Shown here in pieces: positions 43,986-57,676 of a DNA stretch of 64,000 nt (the first letter of the stretch is position 1; the number at the start of each line of letters is the position of its first letter). The notes beneath the pieces are model-generated. The model did no database searches. It saw only the letters and a program-made list of their open reading frames with translations, and was not told the DNA's origin. A program made the position numbers and the translations under genes. This DNA comes from an uncultured delta proteobacterium (lineage in GTDB: Bacteria > Myxococcota_A > UBA9160 > SZUA-336), in NCBI GenBank assembly GCA_963704165.1, contig CAVPHD010000011.1, positions 128,001 to 192,000 on the forward strand, read 5' to 3'.

Positions 43986-44894
43986 ATGCCGGGAATCTGC
44001 GAGGGGCGGGTCGTCATCGTCACGGGCGCGGGCCGCGGGATCGGCCGAGGCCACGCGCTCGAGTTCGCACGGCAAGGCGCACGCGTGGTGGTGAACGACA
44101 TCGGCGCGGAGCTCGACGGCAGCGGCGGTTCGAGCGGACCCGCGGGCGAGGTCGTCGCCGAGATTCGGGCTTCGGGCGGTCACGCGATCGCGAGCGGACA
44201 CGACGTCGCGGACTGGGCGAGCTCCCGGCAATTGGTCGATGCGGCGCTCGAAGCCTTCGGACGGCTCGACGTCGTGGTCAACAACGCGGGAATCCTGCGC
44301 GATCGCATGTTCGCGAGCGGCTCACCTGAGGAATGGGATGCGGTCATGCGCGTGCACCTGCGCGGGCACTTCTGCACGTCACGCCACGCGGCCGCGCACT
44401 GGCGCGAGCAGAGCAAGGCGGGCCAGCGCGTAGACGCGCGCATCATCAACACGAGCTCCGGGGCCGGACTGCTCGGCAGCGTCGGGCAGAGCGCGTACTC
44501 GGCGGCCAAGGCCGGGATCGCCGCGCTGACGCTGGTGCAGGCCGCCGAGCTCGGGCGGTACGGCGTGACGGCCAACGCGATCGCACCGGCCGCGCGCACG
44601 CGGATGACCGAAGCGGTCTTCGCCGAGACGATGGCGAAGCCGGAACCGGATCGCTTCGACGTCATGGCCGCGGAGAACGTCGCGCCGCTCGTCGTCTGGC
44701 TCGGCAGCGCGGAGTCGAGCGCCGTCAGCGGACGGATCTTCGAGGTCGAAGGCGGCCGGGTCTCCGTCGCCGACGGCTGGCGGCGCGGCCCGGCCGTCGA
44801 CAAGGGCGCGCGCTGGGAGCCCGACGAGATCGGCGCCGCCGTCGCGGAGATCCTCGCGAAGGCGACGCCCCCGGAGCCGGTCTACGGCGCCTGA
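43986..44894 (+). CDS. SDR oxidoreductase (Rv3548c-like)
   Basis: TGAGRGIG, NNAGILRDRM, YSAAK. Confidence 0.88.
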   Translation: MPGICEGRVVIVTGAGRGIGRGHALEFARQGARVVVNDIGAELDGSGGSSGPAGEVVAEIRASGGHAIASGHDVADWASSRQLVDAALEAFGRLDVVVNNAGILRDRMFASGSPEEWDAVMRVHLRGHFCTSRHAAAHWREQSKAGQRVDARIINTSSGAGLLGSVGQSAYSAAKAGIAALTLVQAAELGRYGVTANAIAPAARTRMTEAVFAETMAKPEPDRFDVMAAENVAPLVVWLGSAESSAVSGRIFEVEGGRVSVADGWRRGPAVDKGARWEPDEIGAAVAEILAKATPPEPVYGA

Positions 44895-44903
44895 CCGACG
44901 CGC

Positions 44904-45686
44904 TCAGGCGCGCTGCGAGCTCACGGCGACGACCTCGCCGGTCATGTACGACGCGTAGTCGCTCGCGAGGAAGACCATCACGTTCGCGACCTCCCACGGT
45001 GCGGCCGCGCGCTGGAACGCCTCGCGTCCCGCCAGCTCCGCGAGCTCGGCCTCGGGCATCGTCTTCGACAGGAAGCGGTGCATCGCGAGACTCGGCGACA
45101 CCGCGTTCACGCGCACCCCCGCCTCGGCCGCCTCGATCGCGGCACAACGGGTGAGAGCCATGACGCCCGCCTTCGCGGCCGCGTAGTGCGCCTGTCCCGC
45201 TTGCGCGCGCCAACCGAGCACCGATGCGTTGTTGACGATCGCGCCGCTGCGCCGCTCGAGCATGTGGGGCAGAACCGCGCGCATCATGCGGAACGTGCCG
45301 TTCAACGTGACGTCGAGGACGCGGCTCCACTCTTCGTCCTTCATCTCGACGATCGTCGCGACGCCGCCGAGGCCCGCGTTGTTGATCAGCACGTCGACGT
45401 GACCGAGCTGCCCGATCGCCGCGTCCACGAGCGCCCGAACGTCCGGCTCGCGCGTCACGTCGCAGATCTGTGTAGGCGGACGCGCCCCGGTGGTCCCTTC
45501 GAGCTCGTCCGCAGCCTCGCCGAGGCGCCGCGCGTGGACGTCGCTGATCATCACGCGCGCACCCTCCTCCGCGCAGCGACGCGCGACGGCGAAGCCGATT
45601 CCGGTGCCCGCGGCCGCCGTCACCAGCACCGTCTTCCCGGCGAGGAGGTTTCGGCTCGTAGGATAGGGAGGCAGGTCCCGGCTCAT
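44904..45686 (-). CDS. ipdF: SDR oxidoreductase IpdF-like
   Basis: VTAAAGTGIG, NNASVLGWRAQAGQAHYAAAKAG, SYMTGEVVAVSSQR. Confidence 0.85.
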   Translation of the reverse strand: MSRDLPPYPTSRNLLAGKTVLVTAAAGTGIGFAVARRCAEEGARVMISDVHARRLGEAADELEGTTGARPPTQICDVTREPDVRALVDAAIGQLGHVDVLINNAGLGGVATIVEMKDEEWSRVLDVTLNGTFRMMRAVLPHMLERRSGAIVNNASVLGWRAQAGQAHYAAAKAGVMALTRCAAIEAAEAGVRVNAVSPSLAMHRFLSKTMPEAELAELAGREAFQRAAAPWEVANVMVFLASDYASYMTGEVVAVSSQRA

Positions 45687-45770
45687 CGTCGGAGCCGAGG
45701 ATATCGGATCCGGCGGCCTCGGTGCGACGCCGGCTCGGCTCCGAAGTGCTTGACTTCAGAGGCGTTCAGG

Positions 45771-45796
45771 GAAAAACTAGCGGCCGCTAGTATTTC
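45771..45796. promoter_or_regulatory. Candidate TetR operator (perfect 16-bp palindrome core)
   Basis: GAAAA-ACTAGCGGCCGCTAGT-ATTTC just upstream of tetR. A TTGACT -35 element sits at 45750-45755. Confidence 0.7.
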
Positions 45797-45807
45797 TCGG
45801 AGGCGAT

Positions 45808-46500
45808 GTGCAGCTGTCCGCCCGCTCGAGTCCGGCCGCCTCTCCGCGCGCGTCGCGAAAAGGGGATCTCACGGCCGGCCGCATCCTCGACGCGGCCGAG
45901 GAGCTCTTCGCGGAGCGCGGCTACGCGGGCACCACCCTGCGCCAGATCGCGACGCGCGTCGGCCTTCGCAACCCGAGCCTGTACAACCACTTCCCGAGCA
46001 AGGAATCGCTCTACGCGGCCGTGCTCGAGCGCGGACTGCGGCCGGTGCTCGAGGCCTTGTCCGAGCACACCGCGGGTGGCGGCGCGTCGAGCGGCGATCC
46101 GCACCAGCTCGTCGGGCGGATGATGCGACTGCTCAGCGCGCGACCGAGCCTGCCGCGATTGATTCAGCACGAGACGCTCTCCGGAGGCGATCACCTCGGG
46201 CCCGCGTTGCGCGAGTGGATCGAACCGATCCTGCGCCGCGCCCGCGAGGCGGTCGAGGCGAACCCGGCGGCCGGCCGCTGGGAGGCGGACCAGATCCCGC
46301 TGCTCGTCCTCGCCATGTACCACGCCGTGGTCGGCTACTTCACGATCGCGCCGTTCTACCGGCGGATCGACGGCGAGGATCTTCTCGGCGAAGCGGCGCT
46401 CGAGCGGCAAACGCGTTTCCTCGGCGAGCTTTCGCGCGCCCTGCTTCCGAATCCACCCGAGAGCACGAAGCGCCGCGCTCCGGCGACTACCAGGGAGTGA
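45808..46500 (+). CDS. TetR family regulator
   Basis: ILDAAEELFAERGYAGTTLRQIATRVGLRNPSLYNHFPSKESLY. Confidence 0.9.
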   Translation: MQLSARSSPAASPRASRKGDLTAGRILDAAEELFAERGYAGTTLRQIATRVGLRNPSLYNHFPSKESLYAAVLERGLRPVLEALSEHTAGGGASSGDPHQLVGRMMRLLSARPSLPRLIQHETLSGGDHLGPALREWIEPILRRAREAVEANPAAGRWEADQIPLLVLAMYHAVVGYFTIAPFYRRIDGEDLLGEAALERQTRFLGELSRALLPNPPESTKRRAPATTRE

Positions 46501-46504
46501 TCCG

Positions 46505-47731
46505 ATGGACGTGAACGTGAACTACCTCGCCGCCGAGAGCTGGGACGAGAAGATGCCCGAGCGCACGCGCTGGCTTCGCGAGAACGATCCCGTGCACTGG
46601 TCCGAGAAGAGCGGTGTCTGGGTCGTCACGAAGTTCGACGACGTCCGCTACGTGTCGAAGCATCAGGAGCTTTTCACCTCCGGGAAGGGCGTGCGCCCAG
46701 GAATCGCCGCGAGGATCGGACTGATCGACGAAGCGGAGCCGCGCCACGGCATGCTGCGCGGCTTGATCAATCGCGGCTTCACGCCGCGGATGGTGAAGAA
46801 GCTCGAGGTCGTGTTTCGCGAGCTCACGCGCCAGGCGATCGACGCGATCGCGCCGCGAGGTGAATGCGACTTCGTCGACGCCATCTCCGTGCCCCTGCCG
46901 CTGCTTCTGATCGCCGAGATGATCGGTATCCGCCCGGAGGACCGGAAGCAGTTCCACCACTGGTCGGACAACATGATCGGCGCCGACGGAAATGCCGGGA
47001 ATCCCGAGATCATGCAGCGCGCCGTCGGGGCGTTCATGGCGTACTCGGCCTACGTCTCCGAGATCATCGAGGCCCGCCGCAAGGAGCCGCGCGACGATCT
47101 GGTCAGCATCCTGGTCGGCGCGAAGGACCAGGGCGTGCTCGGCCGCTTCGACGTCCGCGAGCTTCCCGGAGAAGCGGCCGAGGGCCAGCTCGAGCTCGCC
47201 AACGACGAGCTGATCATGCTGCTCGTCATCCTGATGGTGGCCGGGAACGAGACCACGCGGAACGGGCTCTCCGGCGGCCTGCAGCTCTTGATCGAGAACC
47301 CGCGCGAGCGCGCGAAGCTGCTCGCCGACCCGTCGTTGCTTCCGTCGGCGATCGAGGAGATGATCCGGCTGGTGTCACCGGTCCGCAGCTTCGGGCGCAC
47401 GGTCACCGAGGACACGGAGCTGCGCGGCCGCAAGCTTCGCAACGGAGACACGGTGCTGATGCTCTACCCGTCTGCGAATCGCGACGCCGACGCGTTCGAC
47501 GCGCCCGACGAGTTCCGCGTCGAGCGCAACCCGACGCACCTCGGCTTCGGGGTGGGGAACCATTTCTGCCTCGGCGCCAACCTCGCGCGGATGGAGATGC
47601 GGGTCGTCTTCGAGGAGCTGCTCCGGCGCCTTCCCGACATGGAATACGCGGACGGTGGGCCGGTGCTGCGTCCGAACGCGCTGGTGCGCTCCTGCGTCGA
47701 GATGCGCGTGCGCTACACGCCCGAGACGTGA
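46505..47731 (+). CDS. Cytochrome P450 (CYP142/CYP125-like; steroid side-chain role inferred from context)
   Basis: AGNETT, EEMIR (ExxR), FGVGNHFCLG. Confidence 0.9.
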   Translation: MDVNVNYLAAESWDEKMPERTRWLRENDPVHWSEKSGVWVVTKFDDVRYVSKHQELFTSGKGVRPGIAARIGLIDEAEPRHGMLRGLINRGFTPRMVKKLEVVFRELTRQAIDAIAPRGECDFVDAISVPLPLLLIAEMIGIRPEDRKQFHHWSDNMIGADGNAGNPEIMQRAVGAFMAYSAYVSEIIEARRKEPRDDLVSILVGAKDQGVLGRFDVRELPGEAAEGQLELANDELIMLLVILMVAGNETTRNGLSGGLQLLIENPRERAKLLADPSLLPSAIEEMIRLVSPVRSFGRTVTEDTELRGRKLRNGDTVLMLYPSANRDADAFDAPDEFRVERNPTHLGFGVGNHFCLGANLARMEMRVVFEELLRRLPDMEYADGGPVLRPNALVRSCVEMRVRYTPET

Positions 47732-47768
47732 GCGGCTCGCGGCAGATCCGAGGCGAAGGAGAACGGAC

Positions 47769-48741
47769 GTGACGGGGTCGGGAAGCGCCGCGCTGATGGA
47801 GCGCATTCGCGAGTTCGTGGGTCGGGAGACCCCGAGCGCGGGATCTCGCGATCCCGTCAACCTGCCGATGATCCGGCACTGGTGCGACGCACTCGGCGAC
47901 GCGAACCCGAACTACACCGATCCGGATCGCGCCGCCCGCTCCCCTCACCGCGGCATCGTCGCTCCGCCGACGATGCTTCAGGCCTGGACGCTGCAGGGAC
48001 TCGGTCCCCGACCCGAGACGACCGGCCCGGACGTGCAGGCGTCGGTGCTCGGACTGCTCGACGAGGCCGGCTTCACGTCGGTCGTCGCGACGAACTGCGA
48101 GCAGGAATACCACCGCTACCTCGCGCTCGGCGACTCGCTGACGGCCTCGATCGTGATCGACTCCGTCTCCGACGAGAAGAAGACGGCGCTCGGGACGGGA
48201 CACTTCGTGAACGAGACGCTGATCTACCGCGACCAGCGCGGCGAACCGGTCGCGACGATGCGCTTCCGCCTGCTCAAGTTCCGCCCGCCCGAGGCGCGCG
48301 CGGGAGCCGGCGCGACGGATTCCGCGGTCCGGAAGATCTCGCGCCCGCGGCCCGCGATCACGCACGACAACGCCTTCTTCTGGGAGGGAGTCGCGGCCGG
48401 CGAGCTGCGCATCCAGCGCTGCCAGCCGTGCGGCCGACTTCGCCACCCACCGGGGCCGATGTGCCCGAGCGTGCCGGAGTCTCGACTGGGACACGGTGCG
48501 GTCGAAGGGGCACGGTCGCGTCTACAGCTTCGTGATCGCGCATCATCCGCCGGTGCCGCCGTTCGACTACCCCAATCCGATCGCGCTTGTCGAGCTCGAA
48601 GAGGGAACGCGCCTCGTGTCGAACCTGATCGGCGTCCGGCCCGCCGACGTCCGGATCGGCATGCCGGTGCAGGTGGAGTTCACGCGCGTGGACGGTGACT
48701 TCACCGTGCCCGAGTTCCGCCCGCGAGAAGGCGTTCGCTGA
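47769..48741 (+). CDS. chsH2: ChsH2-like MaoC hydratase with DUF35 OB-fold (frameshift near 48470)
   Basis: [69 protein letters not shown]. Confidence 0.82.
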
Positions 48742-49178
48742 TGTCGACGGAGCAAGGCAACCGCTCCTGGCACGACGTCGAAGTGGGCCACGAGCTCCCC
48801 GACCTGCGCGTCCCCATCACGCCCACGCTGATCATCGGCGGCGCGATCGCGTCGCGCGACTACCAGGACGTGCACCACGACCGCGACTGGCGAAGAAGCA
48901 CGGCTCGCCGGACATCTTCATGAACATCCTGACCGACCAACGGACTGGTCGGCCGATTCGTCACCGACTGGGCCGGACCGGATGCCCGGCTCAAGAAGGT
49001 CGCGATCCGGCTCGGCGTCCCGAACTACCCCGGCGACGAGATGAAGCTCACCGGCGTCGTGACGGCGAAGACCCGCGATCCGTCCGGCGACTGGGTCGAG
49101 ATCGAGATCCGCGGACGCAACGGTCTGGGCGATCACGTGACGGGCAGCGTGCAGATCGCGCTCGCGGGGGAAGGCTGA
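48741..49178 (+). CDS. chsH1: ChsH1-like MaoC hydratase (frameshifted)
   Basis: [41 protein letters not shown]. Confidence 0.82.
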
Positions 49179-49179
49179 G

Positions 49180-50361
49180 ATGGCCGGCGAGCTCAGCGAC
49201 CGCGCCGCGATCGTCGGCATCGGCGCGACCGAGTTCTCGAAGGACGTCCGGTCGCAGCGAGCTCCGCCTCGCCGTCGAGGCGGTGAAGGCCGCGCTCGAC
49301 GACGCGGGACTCGCGCCGCGAAGACGTCGACGGGATGTCGACGTTCACGATGGACAACAATCCCGAGATCGAGGTCCAGCGCAGCCTCGGAGGCGGCGAG
49401 CTGACGTTCTTCAGCCGCGTCCACTACGGCGGCGGCGCCGCCTGCGCACCGATCGCAGCAGGCCGCGATGGCGGTCGCGACCGGCGTCGCCGACGGTCGT
49501 CGTCGTGCTACCGCGCGATGAACGAGCGGTCCGACTTCCGCTTCGGCACGGGCATGCAGGGTGCGCCGACGATTCCGACGACGGAGAACGCCCACTACGG
49601 CTGGTACATCCCGTTCGGACTTCTGACCCCGGCCTCCTGGGTCGCGATGCACGCGCGGCGCTACATGCACGAGTACGGCGCGACCAGCGAGGACTTCGGG
49701 CGTGTCGCCGTCGCCGCGCGAAGACACGCCGCGACGAATCCAGCCGCCTGGTTCTACGAGCAGCCGATCACGCTCGAGGATCATCAGCGTTCGCGCTGGA
49801 TCGTGCGAGCCGCTGCGCCTGCTCGACTGCTGCCAGGAGAGCGACGGCGCGGTGGCGCTCGTCGTGACCAGCCGCGAGCGCGCGCGCGACCTGCGCCAGA
49901 AGCCGGCGCTGATCGCGGCGCCGCGCAGGGAGCGGCGCACGAGCAGCACATGATGACGAGCTACTACGGCGAGCACATCAGCGGTCTGCCCGAGATGGGC
50001 GTGGTGGCGCGCCAGCTCTACGCCATGGCCGGGCTCGGCCCCGGCGACATCCAGACGGCGGTTCTCTACGACCACTTCACGCCGTTCGTGCTGACCCAGC
50101 TCGAGGAGTTCGGCTTCTGCGGACGGGGTGAAGCCAAGGACTTCGTGCGCGACGGGAACATCGAGCTCGGCGGCCGGCTTCCGATCAACACCAACGGCGG
50201 TCAGCTCGGCGAGGCCTACATCCACGGCATGAACGGCGTCGCCGAGGGCGTGCGCCAGATCCGCGGCACGCTCGGTCAACCAGGTCGAGGCCGTCTCTCA
50301 CGTTCTCGTGACCGCGGGAACGGGCGTGCCGACGAGCGCGCTGGTGCTCGGAAGGGATTGA
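49180..50361 (+). CDS. ltp2: Ltp2-like steroid side-chain aldolase (SCP2-thiolase fold; frameshifted)
   Basis: [51 protein letters not shown]. Confidence 0.85.
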
Positions 50362-50383
50362 TTCGCATGAAGGAGCTACGAAC

Positions 50384-53564
<3,181 letters not shown>

Positions 53565-53572
53565 GAGGAGAC

Positions 53573-54484
53573 ATGCTGGACGGAAAGGTGGCGATCGTGA
53601 CCGGGGCCGCGCGCGGCCTCGGTCGAGTCGAAGCCCTGGAGCTCGCGCGACTCGGGGCGCGCGTGGTCGTGAACGATCTCGGCACGCGCGCCGACGGGAC
53701 GGGCCGCGACGAGGAGCCGGCGCGAGCCGTCGTCGCGGAGATCGCCGCCTCGGGCGGCGAGGCGATCGCCCACTTCGGCGACGTCGCGGTCTGGGACGAC
53801 GCGCGATCGCTGGTTCAGGCCGCCATCGACCGCTTCGGCGATCTCAACATCCTGGTCAACAACGCCGGCTTCCTTCGCGACCGGATGATCTTCAGCATGA
53901 GCGAAGAGGAGTGGGACTCGGTGATTCGCGTTCACCTGAAGGGGCACTTCTGCACGATTCGGCACGCCGCGGAGTACTGGCGCGAGAAGTCGAAATCCAC
54001 CGGCGCGCCGATCTACGGCCGGCTGATCAGCACCTCGTCCGAGGCGTTCCTGATGGGCAACCCGGGTCAGCCGAACTACGCCGCCGCGAAGGCCGGGGTG
54101 GTCGCGCTGACGATGGCCGCCGCGCAGAGCCTGATCAAGTACGGGGTGACGGCCAACGTGATCCTGCCGCGGGCCCGCACGCGCATGAACGAGTCGGGCG
54201 TCTTCGCGGCGATCTTCAAGAAGCCCGAGCAGGGATTCGACGCCTTCGCTCCCGAGAACGTCTCCCCGCTCGTCGGCTATCTGGCTTCCGAGCGGGCGTC
54301 GCGGATCTCCGGCCAGCTCTTCATCGTCTGGGGTCGAAACGTCTCCGTCGTCTCGCGACCCGGAACCGCCGCCAGCTTCGAGAGCGGCGACGCCTGGACC
54401 GTGGACGGGCTCGATCGCGAGCTCAGCCCCCACTTCGCCAAGCTCGAGCCGATCAAAGACGGCTACGTCGTGCCGCAGGTCTAG
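53573..54484 (+). CDS. SDR 3-hydroxyacyl-CoA dehydrogenase (ChsB1/Rv3502c-like)
   Basis: TGAARGLG, NNAGFLRDRMIFSMS, YGRLISTSSEA, NYAAAK. Confidence 0.82.
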   Translation: MLDGKVAIVTGAARGLGRVEALELARLGARVVVNDLGTRADGTGRDEEPARAVVAEIAASGGEAIAHFGDVAVWDDARSLVQAAIDRFGDLNILVNNAGFLRDRMIFSMSEEEWDSVIRVHLKGHFCTIRHAAEYWREKSKSTGAPIYGRLISTSSEAFLMGNPGQPNYAAAKAGVVALTMAAAQSLIKYGVTANVILPRARTRMNESGVFAAIFKKPEQGFDAFAPENVSPLVGYLASERASRISGQLFIVWGRNVSVVSRPGTAASFESGDAWTVDGLDRELSPHFAKLEPIKDGYVVPQV

Positions 54485-54492
54485 GCACGGCC

Positions 54493-56316
54493 GTGCCGAC
54501 CGACACCGTCCCGCGCGAGGTCACGCAGGAGCGATTGGCCGTCCTCTCGGCCGGCACGATGCGCTACAAGCCGAGTCAGAAGTTCACGGTCGCCGACCGG
54601 ATCGAGGAGCGCGCCGCCGCGGATCCGGATCGGGTCTTCGCGTTCTTCGAAGACCGGCGCGTGACCTACGACGAGCTGAATCGCCGCGCGAATCGAGTCG
54701 CCGCGGTCGCGCACGAGCAGGGACTCCGCACCGGCGACGTGGTCGCGCTGATGATGGAGAACCGCCCGGAGTTCGTCTCGACCTGGGCCGGTCTCGCGAA
54801 GCTCGGCGTGACGACGGCGCTGATCAACACGCAGCTCCGCGGCGGGCCGCTCGAACACGCGCTCGAGACGGCGCGCGCGCGCCGTCTCATCGTCGGGAGC
54901 GAGTGTCTCGCGAAGCTCGAATCGGTTCCCGCGGGGGCACACCGCGAACGCCCGGCCATCGACGTCGATCTCGACCCGGATCATCCCGCGCCGATCCCGC
55001 ACTTCGCGACCGACTTCTCCGCGGCGCTCGAAAACGCCTCGGAACTGAACCCCGACCGGAGCGTGCGCGAGGCGCTCGTCGCCGGGGACGATCTCTTCCA
55101 CATCTTCACGTCCGGGACGACCGGCCTGCCGAAGGCCGCGCGTCTCAGCCACATGCGATTCCTCGGCGTCGGCGACGGAATGTCCGCCGTCGCCGGCTAC
55201 GGACGCGACGAAGTGATCGCGTGCGTGCTGCCCCTGTATCACGGAGCCGCGGGCATGGTGGTCGTGTCATGCGCCCTGCATCACGGCGCGGCGATCGCGC
55301 TTCACCGCAGGTTCAGCGCCCGTCACTTCTGGAGCGACGCGAAGCGCTACGGGACGACGGCCTTCCAGTACATCGGCGAGATCTGCCGGTATCTGCTGAA
55401 CCAGCCTGCGAGCGAGCTCGATCGCGCGCATCGGATCCGCGTCATGATGGGAGCCGGACTCGGGCGCGACATCTGGACCGAATTCCAGGAACGCTTCGGA
55501 ATCGAGCGGATCCTCGAGGGCTGGAGCTCGACCGAGGCGAACACATCCCTCTTGAACGTGGACGGACGCGTCGGCTCGTGCGGGCGGATCCCGTTTCCCG
55601 AGCTGCACAACGGCCGCCTGATCCGCTACGACGCGGACACGGGACTCCACCCACGCGGACCGGACGGTCTCTGCCAGCCGTGCGCGACGGGCGAGATCGG
55701 CGAGTTCGTCGGCGTCATCCCCGACCTGCCGGATTCGGGCGCGGGCCGCTTCGAAGGCTACACGTCGAGCGAAGCCACCGCCGCGAAGATCATCCACGAC
55801 GTGCTGCGAAAGGGCGACCGCTGCTACCGCTCCGGCGATCTGCTGCGCTGCGACGACGACGGGTACTACGACTTCGTCGATCGGATCGGCGACACGTTCC
55901 GCTGGAAGAGCGAGAACGTCTCGACGCAGGAGGTCGCCGAGGCGCTCGGCGCCTTCCCCGGTCTCGAGATCGCCAACGTCTTCGGCGTGCGCGTGCCCGA
56001 CACGGAGGGCCGCGCCGGCATGGCCGCGCTGGTCCTGCGCGACCCCTCCGCGTTCGACGGGCGTGCGTTCTACGCCTACACCGAGGAGCGTCTGGCGAGC
56101 TACGCCGCGCCCGTGTTCTTGCGTCTCGTCTCGGACGCCGACATGACCTCGACGTTCAAGCTGCGCAAGGTCGATCTGCAGCGTGAGGGCTACGACCCCG
56201 CGAGGATCGACGATCCGCTCTTCGTCCGGGACCCGGCGAATCGGAGCTACGCGCCGGTCACGACGGAGAACCTCGCGCGCGTCGGCCTGCGGCCGTTCGC
56301 GGGCGATCCCGGCTGA
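54493..56316 (+). CDS. FATP/very-long-chain-type acyl-CoA synthetase
   Basis: IFTSGTTGLPKAA, QYIGEICRYL, DRIGDTFRWKSENVST. Confidence 0.9.
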   Translation: MPTDTVPREVTQERLAVLSAGTMRYKPSQKFTVADRIEERAAADPDRVFAFFEDRRVTYDELNRRANRVAAVAHEQGLRTGDVVALMMENRPEFVSTWAGLAKLGVTTALINTQLRGGPLEHALETARARRLIVGSECLAKLESVPAGAHRERPAIDVDLDPDHPAPIPHFATDFSAALENASELNPDRSVREALVAGDDLFHIFTSGTTGLPKAARLSHMRFLGVGDGMSAVAGYGRDEVIACVLPLYHGAAGMVVVSCALHHGAAIALHRRFSARHFWSDAKRYGTTAFQYIGEICRYLLNQPASELDRAHRIRVMMGAGLGRDIWTEFQERFGIERILEGWSSTEANTSLLNVDGRVGSCGRIPFPELHNGRLIRYDADTGLHPRGPDGLCQPCATGEIGEFVGVIPDLPDSGAGRFEGYTSSEATAAKIIHDVLRKGDRCYRSGDLLRCDDDGYYDFVDRIGDTFRWKSENVSTQEVAEALGAFPGLEIANVFGVRVPDTEGRAGMAALVLRDPSAFDGRAFYAYTEERLASYAAPVFLRLVSDADMTSTFKLRKVDLQREGYDPARIDDPLFVRDPANRSYAPVTTENLARVGLRPFAGDPG

Positions 56317-56322
56317 TCGGGC

Positions 56323-57612
56323 TCAGGCGCCGATCGCGTCTTCCGCTTCGCGCAGGTCCGCGCGCAGCGTCCGACTCGCCTGCAGGAAGCCGACGCTGCC
56401 GACGGCGGCGACGATGCCGACGATCACGAGCGAGTACCGGATCGCCTCGACTCCGAATCGCTCGCTGAGGAGATCGTTCGAGAGCCCGACGACGAACGGA
56501 CCCGCCCCGAGTCCCACCATGTTCAGGATGAAGAGCAGAACCGCGGACGACGTCGCGCGCATGTGCGGCTTCGCGATCCCCTGCGTCATCGCGAGCATCG
56601 GCCCGACGAACATCGCGGCGAGCGTGTACGCCGGGATGAAGCAGAGCAGCGCGGCCCGAGGTCCGTCGATCAGCAGGAATCCGACGAGGAACGGGAAGCC
56701 CGCGAGTGACACGGCCGCGCAGAGGAAGACGTTCCAACGCGGATCGCGCGCGCCGAGCCGGTCGGCGATCACGCCGCCGAGATAGGCGCCGAGCGACCCG
56801 CCGATCCCGATGATCAGGCCGAGCCAGGTGCCGATCTCGACCGCGGAGAGGCCATGCACCCGCCCGAGAAAGGCCGGCCCCCACGCCAGCACCGCATAGC
56901 CCGACAGCGACTGACACGAGCCGGCGATCACGATGAAGACGTACGAGCGGCGCGTCAGGAGATAGCGAATCACCTCTCGCGTCGTGGCGGTGCCGATGTC
57001 GCCCCCCGCTTGCTTCGAGAGACGGCGACGGGGCTCGCGGACGCTCCCGCGCACCAGCAGCGCGAGCGCGATTCCGGGCAGGCCGACGAGGAAGAAGACC
57101 GTGCGCCAGTCGAAGTGCGTCAGGATGTAGCTGCCGCCGAGATACGCGATCATCGCGCCGGCGTACACGCCCGACGAGTAGATCGAGAGCGCCGTCGCAC
57201 GGGTCGCCGCCGGGAAGTAGTCCGAGATCAGGGAGTGGGACGGCGGAGTTCCCGCGGCCTCGCCGATTCCGACGCCGACGCGTGCGAGCGCGAGCTCGAC
57301 GAAGCTCCGCGCCAGACCCGACGCCGCCGTCAAGAGGCTCCACACGGCCACGCCCATCGCGATGATCGACGTGCGCGAGCCGCGATCCGCCCAACGCGCG
57401 ATCGGGATACCCGCGAACGTGTAGAAGAACGCGAAGGCGAAGCCCGAGAGGAATCCCATCGCCGTGTCGGACACGCCGAGCTCTCGCTTGATCGGATCGA
57501 GCAGGATCGCGAGCACCTGGCGGTCGATGAAGTTGAACACGTACACCAGCCACAGGACCCCGAGGACGTAGTACGGGTATGCGGGTGAGTCGACCTCGCG
57601 CGTGCGCTGCAT
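56323..57612 (-). CDS. MFS transporter (spinster-like)
   Basis: FNFIDRQVLAILLDPIKRELGVSD, ARVGVGIGEA, SLISDYFP, about 12 hydrophobic segments. Confidence 0.9.
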   Translation of the reverse strand: MQRTREVDSPAYPYYVLGVLWLVYVFNFIDRQVLAILLDPIKRELGVSDTAMGFLSGFAFAFFYTFAGIPIARWADRGSRTSIIAMGVAVWSLLTAASGLARSFVELALARVGVGIGEAAGTPPSHSLISDYFPAATRATALSIYSSGVYAGAMIAYLGGSYILTHFDWRTVFFLVGLPGIALALLVRGSVREPRRRLSKQAGGDIGTATTREVIRYLLTRRSYVFIVIAGSCQSLSGYAVLAWGPAFLGRVHGLSAVEIGTWLGLIIGIGGSLGAYLGGVIADRLGARDPRWNVFLCAAVSLAGFPFLVGFLLIDGPRAALLCFIPAYTLAAMFVGPMLAMTQGIAKPHMRATSSAVLLFILNMVGLGAGPFVVGLSNDLLSERFGVEAIRYSLVIVGIVAAVGSVGFLQASRTLRADLREAEDAIGA

Positions 57613-57676
57613 CCCGCCTCCGTTCCCGGTGCGAACGACGGCCGGGAGACCCGAGTGTATGCTACGCGCGCGCGCC

